64,000 nucleotides of DNA from Chiloscyllium plagiosum (GCF_004010195.1 NC_057718.1:9992872-10056871), one strand, 5' to 3'; numbered from the stretch's first letter, positions 26,441-39,869 are shown. Translations and numbers: made by a program. Notes: generated from the letters alone by a model not told the origin.

Positions 26441-27961
26441 CTTCAGTTGTGGCACTGATGTCTCAGCCTTTTTAAAATTTATTGTTTGTGGGATTTGGGT
26501 GTCACTGGCTGGCCAGTAATTATTGCCCATCCCTAGTTGCCCCTTGAGTAATTGGGGAGTGAGCTGCCTTCTTGAAGCACTGCAGTCCATTTGCTGGAGG
26601 TAGACCCACAATGCCCTTAGGGAGAGAATTCCAGGATTTCGACCCATTGACAGTGAAGGAACAGTGATAAGTTTCCAAGTCAGGATGGTGAGTTACTTGG
26701 AGGAGAACTTGGAGGTGATGTTCGCATACATCTGTAGCCCTTGTCCTTCTGGATGGAAGTAAGCATGGGTTTCACAGGTGCTGTCTGAGGAGTCTTGGTG
26801 AATTTCTGCAGTGCATCTTGTAGATAGCAGCAGCAGTATGTCCTGATGTTGGTGGTGTCAAGTGTGGATGCTTAAGGTGGTGGTTGTGTGGGTTGATCAA
26901 GCCAGGTATTTTCACCAAGATGGTGTCCAGGTCCTTGGAAACTGTTGAAGTTGCAGATCTCAGTATGAGATAATTGTTAATGAATGCAGTAAAGAATTCA
27001 GAGGAAAGGTCTTGACCCAGAGATTGGTCACAATGTGGAACAGATATTACAAGGACGGCTGACAATCACACCAAAGATATATATTTAAGGGGAAGCTCCA
27101 TAAACACAGGAATCATAGAATTGTAGGCTGGTTACAGGACAGAAGTTTGCTTTCTGACCCCTGTCTGTGTTTGCTCTCCGAAGTGACAATTTATCAACTG
27201 CCACTCCCCGTCACCCTGCCCATTCTCACTCTTCAGGTAATAATCCAGTTGCCTTGAGTGAATCTGCCTTCCCCACACTCTGCATTCAATGTGTTCTAGA
27301 TGCCAACCACTTGCTCCTTTTGTCAAACACCTTAAATCTACAGACAATGATGTCTTGGTTGATGTATGTTGAAGGGGACTCATGTGGAGTATTTACTCTG
27401 CAAAACCCATTTAGAGTAAATAGCCTTTTCGTTCTCTGCTTTAATTCTCCACAATAATATTTCTAAATAACCCTTTGTCCTGTTCCCGGTAGTTTGTTGT
27501 TGAGGTCAGTCATTTTTTCTCTCTGGACGTTACCCTGCTGCTCCATAACAGGATTATGAGAGTGGCCTAGTCTCCTTTGTAAAGTGGGATTGTTTGTTGA
27601 GTAATAGCCTAGGCCAGCCCTAATTCCAGCCTGTCGTTGTGCATTTACAGCGGGAGCTTGCATGGTATTTAATTGGAGTCTGCAGCTGTCAGTGGAGTGA
27701 TCTCACTACTGCTGTAAGCTGCTTTTGTAAGGTTTAGCCATGAGCTATTCCACTGTCTGCTCTTTGGAAGAAATCCCTTGTGTCCTGCTGCCTGTGTGAG
27801 ATTCCTATGAAATGTTTGAAAGGGTGGGAGTGACTGCAGGACTCTAAGACCTATAGCTCCATCTCCTAGTCTTTCAGAGTTTACTTCTCAGTTTCTCTTC
27901 CCTCTCTCTGTGTCCTGAAACATGACTTGGCTGAGGAGTGTTTGTAACATCCTGGGCTCAA

Positions 27962-28900
27962 GCCATAGAGATGTACAGCATGGAAACAGGTCCTTCGATT
28001 CAACTCATCCATGCTGACCAGATGTCCTAAACTAATCCAATCCCATTTGCCAGCATTTGGCCCGTATCCCTGTAAACCCTTCCTGTTCAGGTACCCATCC
28101 AGATGCCTTTTAAATGTCTTAGTCAGTTTAGCTCAGTTGGCTGGATTGTTGATTTGAAGAGCAGTGTGATGCCAGCATCGTGAGTTAAATTCCCATGAGA
28201 TTAACCATGAAGGACTCTCCTTCTCAACCTCTTCCCTTGCCTGAAGTCTGGTGACCCTCAGGTTGAATCACCTCCAGTCGCTTCTCTCTCTAATGAGAGG
28301 CCAGTCCCTATGGTCCAGTAAGACTATGGCAACGCAACAACATTTGTACTAGCCTCCACCACTTCCTCCGGAAGCTCATTCCATACACGTACCACCCTCT
28401 GTGTGAAATGCTTGCCCCTTAGGTCCCAAAAAATCTTTCCCCTCTCACCTTAAACCTATGCCCTCTAGTTCTGGACTCCCTCACCCCAGGGAAAACACTA
28501 TGTTTATTGACCCTAACCATGCCCCTAATGATTTTATAAAACTCTATAAGGTCACCCCTCAGCCTCCGATGCTCCAGGGAAAATAGCCCCAGCCTATTCA
28601 GCCTCTCTCGGTAACTCAAACCCTCCAACCCTGGCGACATCCTTGTTAATCCTTTCTAAACCCTTTCATGTTAACATCTTTCCAAAGCAGGGAGACCAGA
28701 ATAGAATGCAGCATTTAAAATGTGTCCTAACCAATGTCCTGTACAGCACAACATGACACCCCAACTCTTATACTCAGCACACTGGTACACATGACTTATT
28801 TGATCAAACACTGCCTTCTCTGTCCTGTCTATCTATGACTCCACTTTCAAGGAACTATGAACCTGTACTCTAAGGTCTCTTTGTTTGGCAACACTTTACC
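27962..28900 (-). mobile_element. CR1 LINE 3' fragment interrupted by a tRNA-like SINE (about 28120-28335)
   Basis: [29 protein letters not shown] on the minus strand; the insert begins agtcagtttagctcagttgg. Confidence 0.85.
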
Positions 28901-29096
28901 ATGTCAACCATCTAGGTGGGGGAGGTTAAAGTTCAATCCCCCTTTTCAGCATGCAGGAACTAATCAGCCAAACCTTCATCTGACTATCTCTCAGTTATTT
29001 CCATCAGAAACAGCCAAGCCTTGGAATTGCCTCCCTATTTCTCCTGCTCTGGTTTTAAGGCTCTCTACCCGAAGAAATTTCAGAGGGTACATCCCA

Positions 29097-29464
29097 GTCC
29101 ATCACGCAAACCAGCCTTCCATCCACTGACTCTGACTAGACTTCCTGTTGCCTCGGGAAAGCAACCAACATGATCAAAGACCCCTCCCACCCCAGTTATA
29201 CTCTCTTCCACCCTCTTCCATCGGGAAGAAGATACAAAAGTTTGAAAGCATGTACTAACAGATTTAAGAACAGCTTCTTCCCTGCTGTTATCAGACTTAT
29301 GAACAGACCTCTCATATTAGAGTTGTAGCTGTAACACTATCCTGCAATCTGCTCCCATTACCCTCTAGTACTTAAGGAAGGTATGATTTGCCGGATAGCA
29401 TGAAAAACAATACTTTTCACTGCATCTCAGTACATGTGACCATAATAAATCAAATCAAATCAAA
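29097..29464 (+). mobile_element. Rex1/Babar-like LINE 3' end
   Basis: IKDPSHPSYTLFHPLPSGRRYKSLKACTNRFKNSFFPAVIRLMN, then aataaa and (TCAAA)n tail. Confidence 0.75.
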
Positions 29465-29589
29465 ATCTCCAGCCTTTGAGGACCATGTCCATCGTTGACT
29501 CAGTGTCTGTACAGCTATGAGGCCTCCTGAGGATGGTTTATGTCAGTACACACACTATATTAATGCCATTTAGGTTCAAAGTACTTCTT

Positions 29590-29819
29590 GAGAAAGTGAG
29601 GACTGCAGATGCTGGAGATCAGAGTCGAGAGTGTGGTGCTGGAAAAGCACAGCAGGTCAGGCAACATCCGAGGAGCAGGAGAATTGACATTTCGGGCATC
29701 AGCTCTTCATCAGAAATGGAGGATTCCTTACTAAAGGTTTATGCTCGAAACATCGATTCTCCTGCTCCTCGGATGCTGCCTGACCTGCTGTGCTTTTCCA
29801 GCACCACACTCTCGACTCA
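29590..29819. mobile_element. Palindromic Penelope-terminus mini-element (ACGT family)
   Basis: gagaaagtgaggactgcagatgctgg start, inverted arms, perfect TSD aaagtacttctt at 29578-29589 and 29820-29831. Confidence 0.87.
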
Positions 29820-30384
29820 AAAGTACTTCTTTCACTGTGCACCAGTCTATGTGAGCTCCCAGTCCAACAACACCCTGTTTTTATAATTTGAACCCCAAAG
29901 CCTCCTTTAGTTCTCCAGCATCTTTGTATTTCTCCATTTCTGACCTCTTGTGCATTCCCAATTACCTTCTCCTACACCAGCCGTGCATTGAAGAGCATAG
30001 CATTAGGTTCACAGTACCTCCTGCGTTGACCCAGGCAGGCATCAGTGAAAGATGATGGACGTGCGGTGTAAGACGATTGGGGTTAGGTGGTTTCATACAT
30101 TGCACCTATGCTGAAGGGCCTTTCCTCCCACCTGACCCCCGCACACAGAAATAAATGCCCCACTCCAAATGGCCACCGTCATTACCAACTTCTTTGCCGG
30201 TTTGGAGGCCGGGGTTAGAGTTACTGTGATTCCTGGAGCCACTGCGGACTTTACACAGCTGATTATCACTAAGTACCTTCTCAGAGCCGTCCATCATGCT
30301 GGTTCAGATAGTGAGCTAACACTCTGCTCATGTACCCCCCACTCATTATCACTCAACACCAACAATCCTTGTAGATTTTAAATA

Positions 30385-30716
30385 GGGGTGGCATGGTCAC
30401 TCAGTGGTTAGCATTGTTGCCTCACAGCGCCAGGGGCCTGGGTTCGATTCCTGCCTCAGGCGACTGTCTGTGTGCAGTTTGCACATTCTCTCTGTGTCTA
30501 TGTGGGCCTCCAGATGCTCTGGTTTCCTCCCACAGTCCAAAGATGCGCAGGTTAGGTGAATTGGCCATGCTAAATTGCCCATAGTGTTAGGTGCATTGGT
30601 CAGGGGTATATAGGGTAAGGTAATGGGTCTGGGTGGGTTACTCTTCAGAGGGTCAGTGTGGACTTGTTGGGCCGAAGGGCCTGTTTCCACACTGTAGGGA
30701 ATCTAATCTAATCTAA
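30385..30716 (+). mobile_element. HE1-type SINE
   Basis: Same consensus; aatctaatctaatct tail. Confidence 0.9.
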
Positions 30717-32570
30717 TTACTCTGCTTTTGAGGAATGTTTTAAAGCAGGAAATCGAGGTAGAGAGGCAGGAATTCTGGTTGGTGTAGGGGGAAGGAATGC
30801 ATAACAGGTCAGAAATGGAGAAATACAAAGATGCTAGAGTGCTAAAGAAGGCTTTGGGATTTGAATTACAAAAACAGGGTGTTATCTGACTGGGAGCTCA
30901 CATAGACTGGTGCGTACAGCGCTGTTAGGAAAATGGAACTTGGTATGATTAAGGATATGGGCAGCAGTTGATCCCTTGGCTATTTCCAGGGTCTGTGGAA
31001 TAGACACAAGCCCATTGGGTGCTGGTAGAAAGAGAGCTGCAGCCTGCTCCCAATTGCTATCCGGTGATCCCTGTTCTGCATGTTGAGGAGAGTCTGAAGC
31101 CTCTCTATAACTGAATAACCTGCCAGCCAGCACTCACTGTCACAGTTTAGACCCACACCCTGGTGTTTGACTTCTCTGTGAGAAATCTGCTGAGGTGAGG
31201 AGTTAAAAAAAAAAAGTACGAATAGTATTTGATGATGCTCTGCTGTCAGGAGAGAAAACAGCTTCAGTGTTTTTACTGAAGAGTGAATATCTGTGTTTTC
31301 CCTGTCGAGCTGTTAGCTCAGCCTTGAAACCTGCTACCTGGCTGGAATTGACTGTGTGGTGTGCCAAGGCCCACTTGATTTCACTATGGAGAAGGTATTC
31401 AGTGCCCTGTAGCAGAGCCCAGTATTGTCTTCAAGAGCATTCTGCTGAGTGTGTTGGCAGATAATTTGATTCACTTACTTTTGGCAGAGATTGAGGTCAG
31501 TTGAAGGAAGCGCCAGTAAAGTTGAATGTGGAGCATGTGATACATAAACACTTGCATTTGTAAACACGAGCACCTTTCAAGAAGACCAGATGTCTTGAAG
31601 GCTTTAATGGCCATTTTTTGAATCATAGTCATTGTTGTTGTTTGTGGAAATACAGCAACCAATATGCACATACACACTCCCACAAACAGCAATTTGACAA
31701 TGATTGGATAATCTGTTTTAGAAATATTTGTTATTGACAAAATATTGATGAAGACACCAGGAGCAGTCCACTGAAAGGCCCATCCCCTGCCATTTTGTTT
31801 CATTGTTTTCATTTTCTCTCCTGAAGTCACTGCAATGACATTACCTTGTCCACAACAGCATTGTCCTGGCTAGTTGGGGCTGGCAGCCTATTTGACCATG
31901 AGAGGCATCACTGTGGAGCGCTTTTCCTTCCAGTAGGGATCACTGCAGAATAGACAGGTACCCTCCCACCCAGTTTTGCGCCACATTTCCCCACCCAGCC
32001 ATGTAGTTTAGCTAGCTAGCTACTGCCCCTAGTGACCTAGATGTCTGAAAGTAGCTGTGCCTTTGAACTGCAAAATAAGTGAGTACAGTACACCTGTCTG
32101 TCAGGTGCACCAAGGCATTACACACCCAGGTACACACAGCCAGATCTCTCAAAGGTGCTGTATGGAATCAAACTACTCTTTTCAGCTTTACCCTTGGTGC
32201 CAAGCAGCGAAAGAGAGAGAAGCTTTCATTTGTGTAGCACCAGAATGTCCCCAATTGCTTTACAGCAATGAGTGACTTGCAATGTAGGAAAAATGGCAGC
32301 TAATTTACACACGCAACAATCCCACACACAGCTCTGTGATAAAGAATAGATGATCTGCATTTTAGTGACAGTGACTGAGGGTGATTGAGAGGACAGTTCT
32401 GTGATCGTTAGAAATGTGTTTAATATGATTCAGGTTGAAATAACTCTAGAGAGGCTGGTATCCCGTCAATGGATCACCCTTTATTTACACATCCAAAAGC
32501 TGGAAAAGAAGCATAAGTCAGTTTGAATAAAGGTCCCTTGTGGTGCAGTGGTAGTGTCAACACCTCTGAG

Positions 32571-32789
32571 GAGAAAGTAAGGACTGCAGTTACTGGAGAT
32601 CGGAGTCAAGAGTGTGGTGCTGGAAAAGCACAGCAGGTCAGGCAGCATCCGAGGAGCAGGAGAATCGATGTTTCTGGCATAAGCCCTTCACCAGGAAGCC
32701 TGATGAAGGGCTTTTGCCCAAAACGTCGATTCTCCTGCTCCTCAGATGCTGCCTGACCTGCTGTGCTTTCCCAGCACCACACTCTTGAC
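32571..32789. mobile_element. Palindromic Penelope-terminus mini-element inserted inside a tRNA-like SINE
   Basis: Inverted arms; TSD tcaacacctctga/tcaatgcctctga (32557-32569, 32790-32802); host SINE A box on the left, B box gggttcaagtc on the right. Confidence 0.85.
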
Positions 32790-33246
32790 TCAATGCCTCT
32801 GATCCAGGGGGACTGGGTTCAAGTCTCACCTGCTCTAGCCATGTGTTATAACCAGACTTAATTTTTTAAAAGAAATCTATAGTCAACAGCTGCACTGTCC
32901 ACCCCTCCTCACCCACTTGTTTTTTTTGTTTCCTTTCTGTTCTTTTCCATAGTGTTGGGATGTAGGTGCAATGAATGTGAAACAACTCCCTCATACAGCA
33001 CAGGAAGGCCATTTGGCCCATTATGCCTGTGCCAGCTCATTGAAACAACTACCCCATGTATCCCACTTTCCATCTAACCCAGCAATTTTTTTCCTTTTCA
33101 AATATTTTATTCCCTGCTAATAAATCTGCCTCTGCTACCCTTTCAGGCAGCACATTCCAGACCAGAACAATTCACTACCTTTTTAAAATAAAATCTGTGT
33201 TATGTGCAGTATATTCCTCGTTAACATTTTACAGTGTGTGTGTGCG

Positions 33247-33323
33247 TGCCGGGAATTTTATCATCAGCAGCTGCTGGTGAACCGAATTCCTGACAGCTGC
33301 TCTTCCTAGAATTCCAGGAAGTG
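33247..33323. promoter_or_regulatory. Cluster of STAT/BCL6 (GAS), ETS and E-box motifs; candidate enhancer
   Basis: TGCCGGGAA 33247-33255, two CAGCTG E-boxes, abutting TTCCTAGAA (33303-33311) and TTCCAGGAA (33312-33320), overlapping CAGGAAGTG. Confidence 0.35.
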
Positions 33324-33606
33324 CAGGGGATTTTCGGCTGTTGTTCGTGAGACTGTTGGGACAAGTGTCGGATGTTTGATGTTCCAGTGGGTGGGAAGGG
33401 CCTTCTGTTACACACTGAGCGCCTCAATTCAGGACATCCGGTGAGAGCAGCTCATTGAATCCAGGCGGATTATTGAAGCTGAGGCTTTCATTGGTTCTGT
33501 GACTCCTGTGGTGGTCACAGTTTCCTGAGGGTGTCCACGTTGCCGTGCTGGCGTGTGCTTTTACCTGCATGTTGTAGTCGGGAGCTGTGGATGGCAATGG
33601 CTTCAG

Positions 33607-33637
<31 letters not shown>

Positions 33638-33691
33638 CCAGCTAACCAGGAGTCTCTCCAACTCTTACTCTCTGCCATTGGTGTGCGTTCA

Positions 33692-34242
33692 TAGGATCCC
33701 CACAGCGGGGAAGCAAGCCATTTGGCCCATCGAGTCCACACTGACCCTCTGAAGAGCATCCCACCCAGGTCCACCCCCCATCCTACCCCTCTAACCCTGC
33801 ATTGCCCATGTCTGACCCACCTGCTTACACCTCCCTGGACACTATGGGCAATTTAACATGACTAGGCAAAAGTGAGGACTGCAGATGCTGGAAACCAGAA
33901 TTTAAATCAGAGTGGTACTGGAAAAGCACAGGAATAGAGCTCTATTGAAGCTGAGCTCTATTCTTGATGAGGGGATTTTGCCCGAAACGTCGATTTTCCT
34001 GCTCCTCGGATGCTGCCCGACCAGCTGTGCTTTTCCAGCTCCACTCCGATCGAATTTAACACGGCTAGTCCACCTAACCTGCACATTTTTGGACTGTGTG
34101 AGGAAGCTGGAGCAACAAGAGGAAACCCATGCAGATAGAGGTAGAACGTGCAAACTTCACACAGACGGTCACCCGAGGGTAAAGTGGAACCCAGGTCCCT
34201 GGTGCTGTGAGGCTACAGTGCTAACCATTAAGCCACTGTGCC
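33692..34242 (-). mobile_element. Older HE1-type SINE split by a Penelope mini-element
   Basis: Tail half 33692-33865, head half 34053-34242. Confidence 0.8.
33866..34052. mobile_element. Partly palindromic Penelope-terminus mini-element inserted inside an HE1 SINE
   Basis: TSD aatttaacatgactag/aatttaacacggctag (33850-33865, 34053-34068); gcccgaaacgtcgatt motif. Confidence 0.8.
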
Positions 34243-35447
34243 TGGAAGAACATCCAGATTGATGCGCAACCGACTTGATCACATTATGAACCTACCTAGC
34301 TTTGCTGTCAAGGCAGGAAAGGATCCTACTGCCCCACAAACACCTCTCTGCGACCCAACACTCTGTCGGTGAAAAGGAACAAAATAAACATGATTGTCGC
34401 ACAACCTCAGTACGTTCCAAAACACTTTCCAACCACTGGAGGATTTATGACGCATTGTCACTGTTTTGATATAACAAACATAGCAACCAATTTGCACACG
34501 GTAAGGTCCCACAATTTGAAAACGGCCAGATATGTATCAGTTACGTGATGTTGACTGAGGGATAAATATTGTCTAGAATTCTGTGGAGAACTTATTTGTT
34601 TCAAAGATAAGCAAGCTCTGGGATTTATTACATTCATCTGAGAGGGACAAACAGGGCCTCTTTTAACATCTTATCTCAAGACAGGAAAGATTGAGGTGTT
34701 TATAAATCCGTCACTTCAGGCTTGTTGCACAGCCCCAATTTCCATCTTTGGTGACCTGCGTCTTCAGGGGCCTGGACCCTAACTTCCTCCTCAACCTGTC
34801 TGCGTGTCTCTCTCCTTTCCTCAAGACAGTTTACAACCTTGGTGTTCGTCCCAAGCTTTTGGTCACCTGTTTTGTTAGCTCCTCATGGAGACCGTTGCGC
34901 CATTACACTGCTCTGAAACATCTTAGGCTTTTAAAGGGGGCTTTGCAAATGCCAGTGGTTGTTGTAGGGCAGCAGTTCCAATAATGATTTCAAGACAAAA
35001 GGCATAGCTGCCCCTGTCGAGATAGAGGGAGTGATGGACAAGAGGCTGCTGACAAAAGAGTGAGCAGGTTTGTTCTGGGATTGGAGGGCAGTAGGACTGG
35101 AGGATATTGCAGAAATAGGAGCAGAAGGGGCTTAAACAGAAGGGTGAGATACGAGTGTCACTAAGAGAGACAAGATTTGTCCACTATTTCTGATTGCACC
35201 AGAGCTGCAGTCCATGTGAAGTAGGGACACTCGCAGCACTGTTAGCAAGGAAGAACTTTTGTCAGGTTAGTATGTGACTTTCAGGTGGCACTATTCTCAT
35301 AGCGCTACTGCCCTTGTTCTTCCTGGTGGTTAGAGGTCTCAGGAAGCTGACCTAGTGGATGGGACCTACTGCTGCCACTGTGTATCAGTGGAAGAGGCAG
35401 TGAGAGTTTATAGTGGTGGAAGGCATGCCAATCAAACACACACTGCT

Positions 35448-35880
35448 TTATAGACAATAGACAATAGGTGCAGGAGTAGGCCATTCTGCCCTTCGAGCCT
35501 GCACCACCATTCAATATGATCATGGCTGATCATCCTTAATCAGTATCCTGTTCCTGCCTTATCTCCATAACCTTTGATTCCACAATCCTTGAGAGCTCTA
35601 TCCAACTCTTTCTTAAATGAATCCAGAAACTGGGCCTCCACTGCTCTCTGGGGCAGAGCATTCCACACAGCCACAACTCTCTGGGTGAAGAAATTTCTCC
35701 TCATCCCTGTCCTAAATGGTCCACCCTGTATTTATAAGCTGTGTCCTCTGGTTCGGCACTCACCCATCAGCGGAAACATGTTTCCTGCCTCCAGATTGTC
35801 CAATCCTTTAATAATCTTATATGTCTCAATCAGATCCCCTCTCAGTCTTCTAAACTCAAGGGTATACAAGTCCAGTCTTT
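35448..35880 (-). mobile_element. Young CR1 LINE 3' end, second subfamily
   Basis: RLDLYTLEFRRLRGDLIETYKIIKGLD...RTRGHSL; tail (CTATTGT)n seen as atagacaatagacaatag. Confidence 0.9.
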
Positions 35881-36477
35881 CAGTGTATGTTGGACAGTGT
35901 CGAGTTTCTTCACCATAGTTGGGGCTGCACTCATTCAAGGCGTAACTCTCCTGGCCTGTGTCTTGTGGCCAGGCTTCGGAGAGTCGAGTAATTGTGACTG
36001 TGCACTATCCTCCATGTTAAGGGGATGCTGTGCTGAACATGACTGGGGTAGAGGAAGCGTCTTTGAGAGGTGAGTGCTCCTTTGGGAGGGAGTCAGGGAA
36101 TGCGGCAGTTTCTGAGGTTCGGTGATTTGACACAGATCAGCGTAGAGCCCTGGCTGTGGTCTCAGCTGGTGAGTGGACCATGAATGGAGAACACATGCTG
36201 GCCTCAACAACCAATTCAGGTGCTGGCCTTCCTCTGTTCCCTGAGGCTATCGGAATGGAAACTAACTGCAGTGCAAGTGCTAATTGACACAATTAATTCA
36301 CAGGTTGAGTGAAAAATAAAAGACTGCTCCACAGGAACCCACTCAAGATGTAGTTATAGCCTGCTGAGGATCACTTCAGTGGCCCTTAGGCACTCAGAGT
36401 CTCCCACTGTCATTTCCTAATTACATGATTAAAATGCTTCATAAAATATTTCCCAAAGCTCAGTCACTGTTTCATCG

Positions 36478-36597
36478 ACCACCTGATGAAGGAGAAAGCT
36501 AGTGCTTCCAATTAAACCTGTTGGACTACAACCTAGTGTTGTATGATTTTTAACTTTTATACACTCCAGTCCAACACCGGCATCTCCAAATCATGAC
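36478..36597 (+). mobile_element. Penelope terminal repeat fragment (AGCT family), hammerhead stem II deleted; a second piece lies at about 36737-36817
   Basis: cacctgatgaaggag-aaagctagtgcttccaattaaacc...ccggcatctccaaatcat. Confidence 0.75.
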
Positions 36598-37266
36598 TTT
36601 CACACAGAGCCGGTGCGCATATGGAATGAGCTGCCAGAGGAAGTGCTGGAGGCTTGTACAGTTACAACACTTAAAAAGCATCTGGATGGGTATATGAATA
36701 GGAAGAGTTTAGTGGGCCAAATGCTGGCAAATGGGACTATAACCTAGTCCAACTATAACCTAGTGTTGTGTGATTTTTAACTTTGTACACCCCAGTCCAA
36801 CACCGACACCTCCAAATTGGGACTGGATTAGTTTAGCAGATCTGGTTGGCATGTACGAATCGGACCAAAGGGTCTATTGTGTGCTGTACGTCTCTGCACT
36901 CGTTCTCTGGTGCTGATCTGAGACACTGTCAATGAACACACCACTCAATGAGTGCGAATACAATGATTCCTCTGCCTCAGTTTATCCATTTGATCACACA
37001 GCTAATGCATTTGAGACCATTTTGTTGAGGTTGCTTTGCTTTCTGGGTGACTCCTCCATTCAGCTGCAGTCTCCCTGACTTGTATCCCCCAATATTAGCA
37101 TTAAGCAATGGTTTTACTCGTTGCCTCTGCCTTTAACTGCTCAGGACTGCAGCACCCATAGGGCTCAGGATCACATGCAGGAGTAGGCCCTTCAGCCCTT
37201 GCTCTCCCTTTCATTAAAACCTTGGAGGATCGAATTACTCCACATTCCAACCTACCCAAGCTAACA

Positions 37267-37575
37267 GGTGGCACGGTGGCTCTGTGGTTAGCACTGCTGC
37301 CTCACAGCACTAGGGACCCGGGTTCAGTTCCCGCATCGGGCAACTGTCTGCATGGAGTTTGCACATTCTCCCAGTGTCTGCGTGGGTTTCCTCCCACAAT
37401 CCAAGAAAAATGTGCTGTTTAGGAGAATTGGTCACACTAAAATGCCCGTAGTGTTAGGTGAATTAGGCATGGGATAAATATAGAGTAGGGGAATGGGCCT
37501 GGGTGGGTTACTCTTCGGAGGGTCAGTGTGGACTTGTTGGGCCAAAGGGTTTGTAGGGAATCTAATCTAATCTAA
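37267..37575 (+). mobile_element. HE1-type SINE
   Basis: Same consensus with small deletions. Confidence 0.88.
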
Positions 37576-37991
37576 ACCTTTCATCACCACCTCACTTCTC
37601 AAGAGTCAGCCTACCTTTACCTTAAAAATATCCAAGGACTCTGCCTTCACCTCCTTTGCAGGAAGTGTTCCATAACCTCAAGATCCTCTGTGAGAAAATC
37701 CTATTCCCATATCACTGCCTTAAATGGTGACCCTTTTTTTTCACTGGTGGGACATGGGCATCACTGACTGGCAAGCATTTACTCCCTGTCCCTAGTTGCC
37801 TTTGAACTGAGAGGCTTGCTGTGGCTCTGGAGTTGCATCTGGCTAGGCCAGATGAGGATGGCAGATTTGCTTCCCTAAAGGACATTAGTGAACCAGATGG
37901 GTTTCTCCAACAGTCGACAATGGTCGTCAGTAGATTGAAATCAAGATTATTATTGAATTCAAATTCCACCATCTGCCACGGCTGGATTTAG

Positions 37992-39355
37992 ACCATAAGA
38001 CATAGGAGTGGAAGTAAGGCCATTCGGCCCATCAAGTCCACTCTGCTATTTAATCATGGCTGATGGGCGTTTCAATTCCACTTACCTGCACTCTCTCTGT
38101 AGCCGTTAATTCCTTGCGAGATCAAGAATTTACCTTAAAGACACCCAACATCCCAGCCTCCACTGCGTTCCGTGGCAATGAATTCCACAGGCCTACCATT
38201 GAAGAAATGTCACCTCATTTCTGTTCTAAATTGACCCCCTCTAATTTTAAGGCTGTTCTCACGGGTCCTAGTCTCCCTGCCTAATGGAAACAACTTCCCA
38301 ATGTCCACCCTTTCTAAGCCATGCATTATCTTGTAAGTTTCTGTTAGACCTCCCCTCAACTTTCTAAACTCTAATGAATACAATCCCAGGATCCTCAGCC
38401 ATTCATCATATGTTAGGCCTACCATTCCAGGGATCATCCGTGTGAATCTCCACTGGACTTGCTCCAGTGCTAGTATGTCCTTCCTGAGGTCTGGGCCCAA
38501 AACTGGACACCGTATTCTAAATGGGGGCCTAACCAGAGCTTTATGAATTCTCAGTAGCACATCGCTGCTTTTATATTCCAACCCTCTTGAGATAAATTAC
38601 AACATTACATTAGCTTTCTTAATCACGGACTCAACCTGCAAGTCAACCTTTAGAGAATCCTGGACTCGCACTCGCAGATCCATTTGTACTTTGGCTTTAT
38701 GAATTTTCTCACTGTTTAGAAAATAGTCCATGCCTGTATTCTTTTTTCCGAAGTGCGAGACATCGCACTTGCTCACATTGAATTTCCTCAGCCATTTCCT
38801 GGACCACTCTCCTAAACTGTCTAAATCTTTCTGTAGCCTCCCCACCACCTCAGTACTACCTGCCTGTTCACCTAACTTTGAATCATCGGCAAACTTCGCC
38901 AGAATTCCCCTAATCCCTTCACCCAGATAATTAATATATTAAAGTGAACAGCAGTGGCCCCAACATTGAGTCCTGTGAGACCCCACTTATCACTAGTTGC
39001 TATTCCGAAAAAGAACATTTTATCCCAACTCTCTGCCTTCAGTCAGACAGCCAATCCCCCAGCCATCCCAGTAGCTCATCTTGAACACTATGGGCCCTCA
39101 CCTTACTCAGCCGTGAGGCACCTTATCAAAGGCCTTTTGGAAGTCTAGATACTGGGTTTCCCTGTCTAACCTACTTGTTACCTCTTCAAAGAATAATAAC
39201 AGGTCTGTCATGCTGACTTGTTCTAATCTGATCCTGCACTTGGAAGAATTTAGAAATCTCATCCTTAATGATGGATTCTAGAATTTTACCTTCACCGAGA
39301 CTAGGCTAATAGGCCTGTAATATTCCATCTTTTGTCTTGATCCTTTCTTGGACAA
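37992..39355 (-). mobile_element. CR1 LINE reverse-transcriptase/3' fragment (about 1.35 kb)
   Basis: Minus strand shows FADD motif, LQKDLDSLGEWSRKWLRKFNVSKC, ALVRP and ALEQVQWRFTRMIPG. Confidence 0.92.
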
Positions 39356-39705
39356 GTGTTTGAACCCAAGTTCCGAAAACATTGTCTGAGTTTCTGGATT
39401 ACTTGTCTATCAATCATACCACAAGGCCGTCGCCTCCCCTTTCAAACCGTGACCCCTGGCTGTAGATTCCCACACACGAGGAAACATCATCTCTGTACCC
39501 AGCCTGTCAAGGCTCTCAGGATATTTCGATCATGTTACGCCTACTGTATTAAATACCAGCAGATACGAGCCTGGCCTGTCCAATCCTTTTCTCTCAAAAC
39601 AACCTGCCCATTCCAGTATTAGTCCAGTGAGCTTCCTTAACTCCATCTTCAGCGGACCACTCTGGGCTGGAGCAGTAGGAGATCTGCTGGTACTTAAGCC
39701 AGCGT

Positions 39706-39840
39706 CACCGTATTCTAAATGGGGGCCTAACCAGAGCTTTATGAATTCTCAGTAGCACATCGCTGCTTTTATATTCCAACCCTCTTGAGATAAATTACAA
39801 CATTACATTAGCTTTCTTAATCACGGACTCAACCTGCAAG
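39706..39840 (+). repeat. Exact 135-bp direct copy of 38508-38642
   Basis: caccgtattctaaatgggggcc...ctcaacctgcaag identical at both sites. Confidence 0.95.
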
Positions 39841-39869
39841 ATGAGATATGAGATATTAGACTCGAAAGG

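Noticed and set aside
27807..27830. MKCLK peptide resembling a short NHSL1 N-terminus
   Set aside because: The available GT is phase 2 and weak, incompatible with exon 2.
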